A stretch of 64,000 nt of DNA from an uncultured Nitrospiraceae bacterium. GTDB taxonomy: Bacteria > Nitrospirota > Thermodesulfovibrionia > Thermodesulfovibrionales > Thermodesulfovibrionaceae. Of this stretch, positions 59,043 through 64,000 are shown piece by piece. The stretch covers positions 9,289-73,288 of the forward strand of contig CAKZQH010000106.1 in assembly GCA_937139565.1 (NCBI GenBank), in the 5' to 3' direction. The stretch's first letter is position 1. Each line of letters begins with the position of its first letter. The position numbers and the translations under genes were made by a program. The notes under the pieces are model-generated. The model had not been told where the DNA came from. It searched no databases and saw only the letters and a program-made list of their open reading frames with translations.

Positions 59043-59726
59043 ATGGTGGCTAAAAGATTTAAAGTCATACTCTTTTCTCTTTTAGTGACGGCATTTAACC
59101 TATCTACTATTTCCGAGGTAATTGCAGATTCTATTAAACTTCCTGCTCCTCATTTTGATGGCAAGATTAGCGTTGAGAAAGCCATAAAGGAGAGGCGTTC
59201 TGTGAGAGAATATACCAATAAACCTCTTAACCTTCAAGAAATATCTCAACTTCTCTGGGCAGCTCAGGGAATTACTGATCCCAGAGGACTTAGAACTGCT
59301 CCATCTGCAGGTGCACTTTATCCTTTAGAGATTTATCTTGTGGCCTTTAATGTTCATAATTTACAAAAGGGAGTTTACAAATATAACCCGAAGACCGAGG
59401 AAATTATAAGGATAAAAAATGGAGACTTTAGGGAGGAGTTGACAAAAGCAGCACTGGGTCAGCCCTGGATAAAAAATTCGATGGCTTTAGTTGTGATTGT
59501 TGCCAATTATGAAAGAACTACGAGAAAATACGGACAGAGAGGATTTAGATATGTCCATATGGAGGCAGGAGCAGTAGCACAGAATATCCATCTTCAAGCA
59601 GTATCCTTAGGAATTGGTACAGTTGTTGTAGGGGCTTTCAATGATGAAGATGTAAAGAAAATCATGAATTTTCCCTCTCAAGAAGACCCATTAATAATTA
59701 TGCCCTTAGGAAAAATGAAAAAGTAA
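59043..59726 (+). CDS. SagB/ThcOx-family FMN nitroreductase with signal-peptide-like N-terminus
   Basis: RRSVREY, LLWAAQG, RTAPSAGALYPLE, EAGAVAQN, GAFNDE. Confidence 0.85.
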   Translation: MVAKRFKVILFSLLVTAFNLSTISEVIADSIKLPAPHFDGKISVEKAIKERRSVREYTNKPLNLQEISQLLWAAQGITDPRGLRTAPSAGALYPLEIYLVAFNVHNLQKGVYKYNPKTEEIIRIKNGDFREELTKAALGQPWIKNSMALVVIVANYERTTRKYGQRGFRYVHMEAGAVAQNIHLQAVSLGIGTVVVGAFNDEDVKKIMNFPSQEDPLIIMPLGKMKK

Positions 59727-59857
59727 ATTATCACAACAAAAGTTTTTAGTATCCTATTTTTATTTGCATTTCTTATAGCGTTCTCAAAATATGTCCACTA
59801 GGTATCTTTCAATACATTTTAAAGCATTTTGGGCTAGTTTATTGAAGAAGGTCTATA

Positions 59858-59918
59858 GTAACAATTGTTACAAAATATATTGACAAAAATATTAATAAAA
59901 TTGTAACATTAGTTACAA
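59858..59918. promoter_or_regulatory. two palindromic operators flanking the pit promoter
   Basis: GTAACAATTGTTAC (59858-59871) and TTGTAAC-ATTA-GTTACAA (59901-59918) around TTGACA (59880-59885). Confidence 0.7.
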
Positions 59919-59938
59919 ACATTAAGGAGGTAAATGTC

Positions 59939-60901
59939 ATGGAAACCTTTTATATTATTGGAATGATAATGGCAGGTCTTTTTTTCGGATGGACAATTGG
60001 CTCCCATTATACCGGTGCAGTTATGGGAACAGCCTATGGTGCTAAACTTGTAACACTAAGAAAGGCAACGTTCTTAATTGCCATAAGTGCTCTTCTTGGA
60101 GCAATGCTTCAGAGTCATGAAGTCGTAAAGACTGTGGGCACAGAGGTTATTTCAAAGGAGTATCTAACGCCATTTAGGGCAATGGTTATGATGCTAAATG
60201 CTGCTCTAGTTACGGCTGTAAACACATGGTTGAAGCTTCCCATTTCAACAGCTCAGCTCGCAGTATTTTCAATTGTAGGGGTTGGACTTGCAACTGCTTC
60301 TCCAATTGCCTGGGAGAGAACCATTTTACCTTTGGCTATTACATGGATTGGGACTCCCATTGTGGGGTGCATTTTAGGTTTTATTCTTACAAAATTTGTT
60401 GGAATTTTTAAGACAAGTGTTTTTGAAAATTTTAAAAAATATGTTCTACTTTTAGTTTGTTGCTATGCCTCTTACACTCTTGGTGCTAACAATAGCGGGC
60501 TTGCTGTGAGTGTACTTTATGGAAGTGGTGTGGTTAAGTCTTTGCTTTTTGGTGGATTCATAGGTGGATTTGTGGTAGGTATTGGAGCTCTCACATGGGG
60601 AAGACCTCTTCTTGAGAAGGTTGGGCTACATATTGTGCAGCTTGACCGTAACAGTGCGATTGGTGCTCAGTTTGCACAGGCTACAACAGCATATATTGCA
60701 GCCTTGCTTGGCTACCCCACATCAATGAATCAGGCAATAGTGGGTGGAATAGCTGGCGCAGGTTTTGCAAGGGGAACTCAGTATGTGAAAATCAAAGTGG
60801 TTAAAGAAATTGTTATAAACTGGTTTGTCTCCTTAGCTGTAGCCTGTGGTACAGCATTTTTACTTTATAAACTGCTTTCAATGTTATTAGGAGATAGTTA
60901 A
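59939..60901 (+). CDS. PiT (PHO4) family inorganic phosphate/anion transporter
   Basis: Multiple TMs, LKLPISTAQ, GANN, GYPTSMNQAIVGGIAG. Confidence 0.82.
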   Translation: METFYIIGMIMAGLFFGWTIGSHYTGAVMGTAYGAKLVTLRKATFLIAISALLGAMLQSHEVVKTVGTEVISKEYLTPFRAMVMMLNAALVTAVNTWLKLPISTAQLAVFSIVGVGLATASPIAWERTILPLAITWIGTPIVGCILGFILTKFVGIFKTSVFENFKKYVLLLVCCYASYTLGANNSGLAVSVLYGSGVVKSLLFGGFIGGFVVGIGALTWGRPLLEKVGLHIVQLDRNSAIGAQFAQATTAYIAALLGYPTSMNQAIVGGIAGAGFARGTQYVKIKVVKEIVINWFVSLAVACGTAFLLYKLLSMLLGDS

Positions 60902-60910
60902 TATCTCTAA

Positions 60911-61336
60911 TTACTTTACTATTGTAACAGGACAGGTTGCATAGGTGGCTACTCTTCTTGAAACTGAGCCAAGTAGCCACCTTTCAATTTTTGACATTCC
61001 CCTTTGTCCCATTATTATTATGTCAACTTGGTTCTCTGCTGCGTATCTTACGATTTGGTCAGCAGGGTGTCCTACCACAATTTCTGTTTTTATTTGCACA
61101 TTATAATCCTTTGCAAGGGTTTGTAGTTTTTCGAACTCCTTCTTGTAGTATTCTGTGGCACTATCAATAACAGCCTTTACTTCTACTATATCAGCAGGCT
61201 CGGGAGGCTGAGAGACTGAAAGAACTAATATTTCCCGCTCTTTGGCTTGGCACTCTTTTGAGAGTTTAAGGGCAAATTCAAAGGCCCTGCATGCTTCTTG
61301 GGAACCATCGAAAGCAACTAAAATTTTCTTAAGCAT
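60911..61336 (-). CDS. universal stress protein
   Basis: KKILVAFDGS, GHPADQI, IIMGQRG, LLGSVS. Confidence 0.93.
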   Translation of the reverse strand: MLKKILVAFDGSQEACRAFEFALKLSKECQAKEREILVLSVSQPPEPADIVEVKAVIDSATEYYKKEFEKLQTLAKDYNVQIKTEIVVGHPADQIVRYAAENQVDIIIMGQRGMSKIERWLLGSVSRRVATYATCPVTIVK

Positions 61337-61338
61337 AA

Positions 61339-62505
61339 TTATTCCTCCTTCTTTCTTTTAGGTAAAAGATATTTTGGTAAATAAAAGGCATTTGCTATAA
61401 ATGTAGGAATTACTGCTGAGCCGATGACAGCAACAATTAAAAGAGAATACTGTGTCTGGTCAATTATTCCGTGGTTGTAACCAAAAAGGGCTGATATTGA
61501 GCCGAATGTAAGTCCGGTGGACATAAGAAGTGTTGTGTACATACCTTCTTTGTGTCTGAATTTAAAAAATTTTGTAATAGGATATACGCCAATAAATTTA
61601 GTTAACATTTTCCCAAAAAGCAGTATGAAAAGCGGTAGTAGCATAACAATGATTGATGGAAGTGAGACAAAGTAGCCTGCTCTTAAGAAATATACTGGAG
61701 TTAGAAATCCGAAGGTAAGTGTGCGAAGTCTTCTAATGAGTCCATGATCTTTACCAACACTTCCAGCCAGAACCATGCCAATAATATATGCAGGAAGCAC
61801 TGCCTCTGAACCTGACCAAATTGCCAGAGCACCTATTCCAAAGAGAACAAACAGAAGATATTTTGCCTCAAACTCTGAAGGTTTTCCTCCTAATTTTTTA
61901 AATATCAAGGGTGTTATAAATGGCAATGAGAGAGAGAGAAACACCGTAGCACCAGCAAAGATAATGGTCTTGAGAGTAAAAGGTGAAAACATTATTCCAA
62001 GCGCCATTACAGTACCCAAGTCATTTACAAAACAGGCAGCAAGAATAATCTTCCCGAATTCTGTTTTGTTAAGTCCAAGCTCAAGCATTACAGCATATAC
62101 AACTGCCACAGATGTTGTTGAAAGAGCAATACCGGCAAGCCAGCTTGCATCAGCTGACCAGTTAAGCATATAGTAAGCAATAGCAGCACAACCTAAAAAA
62201 GGCGTCAAAAAGGCTACTATGCCAATGCCAAGGGTTTCTTTCCATTTTGCCCTCAAAATCTCTGGATCAAGTTCTGCTCCTGCAAGAAATGTAAGGAGTA
62301 TTGCTCCTGTGCTTGATAGAAACTTAAGCCAGGGCTCATTAGCATTGATAATGCTTAATCCAAGGAAGCTTATAAGTATTAGTTGAGCAATGGCACCAAC
62401 GGTTATTTCTGTAAGAGCAGTTGCAAGCTTAAGCTTTGTGGATAAGAAAGTAGCAATTAAAGCGAGAAAAAACCAGAAAGAAGCATTCAGTAAGGTTTCG
62501 TGCAT
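61339..62505 (-). CDS. cation:proton antiporter (CPA2/Na+/H+ exchanger family)
   Basis: About 12 TMs, FLAGAELD, LSTTSVAVV, ACFVNDL, FGFLTPVYF, LLMSTGLTFG. Confidence 0.88.
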   Translation of the reverse strand: MHETLLNASFWFFLALIATFLSTKLKLATALTEITVGAIAQLILISFLGLSIINANEPWLKFLSSTGAILLTFLAGAELDPEILRAKWKETLGIGIVAFLTPFLGCAAIAYYMLNWSADASWLAGIALSTTSVAVVYAVMLELGLNKTEFGKIILAACFVNDLGTVMALGIMFSPFTLKTIIFAGATVFLSLSLPFITPLIFKKLGGKPSEFEAKYLLFVLFGIGALAIWSGSEAVLPAYIIGMVLAGSVGKDHGLIRRLRTLTFGFLTPVYFLRAGYFVSLPSIIVMLLPLFILLFGKMLTKFIGVYPITKFFKFRHKEGMYTTLLMSTGLTFGSISALFGYNHGIIDQTQYSLLIVAVIGSAVIPTFIANAFYLPKYLLPKRKKEE

Positions 62506-62589
62506 AAAAAACTCCTAACCATCTTAGTTTATGGTTAGGAGTCATCATCTCCTAAAAATTAGGAGCACTTAATGACGGACTCCATCGCC
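62506..62589 (-). ncRNA. fluoride (crcB-motif) riboswitch with terminator/anti-SD platform
   Basis: Minus strand GGCGATGGAGTCCGTC...GCTCCTAA/TTAGGAG...TGATGACTCCTA; terminator ACTCCTAACCAT/ATGGTTAGGAGT + U-run directly before ATG; promoter TTGATT-18-TG.TATAAT upstream. Confidence 0.92.
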
Positions 62590-62756
62590 TTGATTCATTA
62601 TAGCACTCGACTTTTTTCAAAATCAATAATTTTTTAGAGAGTTTAAACACTGATGCATAGAATTGCAAAAGAAGCCTTTTAAATTGCTTTGGCAATGAGA
62701 TTAATTTGACTTTTCTTCCTGTTGAGACTATTGCAGTCACTGGATTAAGATCTTGT

Positions 62757-63749
62757 TTAATCTTCACTATATAGCTTGCTCCACAGGTCTTCATAATAGA
62801 ATAGCTTTTTAAATAGCCAGGTTCTATTGTTTAGATTCCATTCTACTGTTGATTTTAAACCTGATTCAAATTTAGTTGTTGGTGTCCACCCAACTTTATT
62901 TTTTATTTTTTCACTGCATATGGCAAATCTTTTTTCATGACCAGGTCTGTCTGGAACATATTTTATCAAGCTTTCTGGTTTATCGAGTAGTTTTAGAATT
63001 TGCTTCACAATATCGATAACTTGATATCTCTCTCCGCTTCCAACATTGAAAACTTCTCCAGGTTTTCCTTTCTCTAAAACAGCAAAAATAGCTCTAATGC
63101 AATCGCAAAGATATAACCATTCACGGATAATATCACCAGAACCGTAAATTGGAATCTGCTCATTTCTTAAAGCTTTAAGTACTGTCATTGGAATGAGCCT
63201 TTCTGGATTCTGCCAGGGCCCATAAATGCTACATAGGCGAAGTGTAATTACAGGTAATTTAAGCGCTCTCCAATAAACTTGTCCAAGCATGTCTGCAGAG
63301 GTTTTGCTAACTGCATAGGGAGAACGCGGATTAAGTGGGCAGTCTTCGTCTCTTTCGCCTTCTTTTATTTCTCCGTATTCTTCGTAGGAGGTTATATTAA
63401 TAAATTTTTTTACTTCAAACTCTTTTGCAAGCTCAAGAAGATATATAGTGCCAATTATATTTGTTTCCATAAATATACTTGGTTCAATTACTGACTTGTC
63501 TATATTAGTCTCCGAGGCGAAGTGCAGCACAGCCTCGGGTCTTTGTTTCTCAAAAATTTTTCGTAATTCGTCTCTGTCGAGAATATCTGTAGTGTAAAAT
63601 TCTAATCTGTCCTGAATGGGTTTTAGCCTTTCAAGGTCTCCTGCATAGGTTAATTTATCAATAACTGCCACTTTCCATCCCTTTCTTGCAGCCAATCTGA
63701 CAAAGTCACTTCCAATAAAACCAGCACCTCCAGTGACAAGCACTTTCAT
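62757..63749 (-). CDS. NAD-dependent epimerase/dehydratase, RmlB-like with altered active site
   Basis: VTGGAGFIGS, DKLTYAG, SPYAVSK (YxxxK), DRPGH; TSYEEYG where STDEVYG is canonical. Confidence 0.85.
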   Translation of the reverse strand: MKVLVTGGAGFIGSDFVRLAARKGWKVAVIDKLTYAGDLERLKPIQDRLEFYTTDILDRDELRKIFEKQRPEAVLHFASETNIDKSVIEPSIFMETNIIGTIYLLELAKEFEVKKFINITSYEEYGEIKEGERDEDCPLNPRSPYAVSKTSADMLGQVYWRALKLPVITLRLCSIYGPWQNPERLIPMTVLKALRNEQIPIYGSGDIIREWLYLCDCIRAIFAVLEKGKPGEVFNVGSGERYQVIDIVKQILKLLDKPESLIKYVPDRPGHEKRFAICSEKIKNKVGWTPTTKFESGLKSTVEWNLNNRTWLFKKLFYYEDLWSKLYSED

Positions 63750-63847
63750 TGTCAGAACCTCCTAAGACTTTTTTGTTATTATACCAAAATTAAAAAGGGA
63801 TGTTTTAAAATAATAAAAAGAATATTTTTTAAGGAGGTGGGTACGGT

Positions 63848-64000
63848 ATGCCAATTTACGAGTATGAGTGCCTGAAATGTAGCAAAATTCACGAGATTAT
63901 GCAAAAATTTAGTGATGAGCCTTTGAAAAATTGTCCTATTTGTGGAGGAGAGGTGAAAAAACTACTTTCTCAGTCCTCCTTCATTTTAAAAGGTAGCGGA
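63848..64000 (+). CDS. FmdB-family zinc-ribbon protein (3' end outside window)
   Basis: MPIYEYECLKC...CPICGG...SSFILKGSG after GGAGG. Confidence 0.88.
   Translation, partial: MPIYEYECLKCSKIHEIMQKFSDEPLKNCPICGGEVKKLLSQSSFILKGSG

Noticed and set aside
62552-62794. 80-aa ORF on the minus strand
   Set aside because: It runs through the promoter and aptamer of the fluoride riboswitch and has no recognisable domain.
1441-63494. Numerous 60-200 aa antisense or alternate-frame ORFs inside assigned genes (e.g. 7418, 9682, 14185, 18510, 35328, 45612, 61775)
   Set aside because: They overlap well-supported genes, lack SDs and motifs, and have the composition of shadow frames.

Overview
AT-rich bacterial chromosome segment. 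Gene content and style suggest a thermophilic anaerobe such as Thermodesulfovibrio (Nitrospirota); this is inference, not a database match. The backbone runs: recJ-panB-tyrS; a sigma54-controlled flagellar cluster (fleQ-like, TPR, fleSR-like, flgBC-fliEFGHIJ, motE-like, fliK-flgDE); groESL with a degenerate CIRCE; yicC-remA-gmk-rpoZ-coaBC-M24 peptidase-efp-accBC-thiE; a Pil/Chp-type chemosensory cluster; fhs, tRNA-Sec and trpEGD; a cobalamin-riboswitch metE-nrdD operon; and a fluoride-riboswitch antiporter-USP operon. An accessory island at about 42.9-51.3 kb contains a decayed IS605 (tnpA/tnpB), a toxin-first AbiE-type pair, arrays of GTCA(C/T)TGCGAG palindromic repeats, a 4.2-kb segment between 146-bp inverted repeats, and a second tnpB 3' end with its own right end. 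The strongest leads are: the fluoride-switched CPA2 antiporter with no crcB/eriC nearby, the inverted-repeat/REP-bounded segment, the toxin-first AbiE pair behind an IS605 end, an apparently split chemoreceptor, an EF-P lacking the PGKG loop, and recurrent leaderless genes. All calls were made by eye from the sequence; no searches were run.
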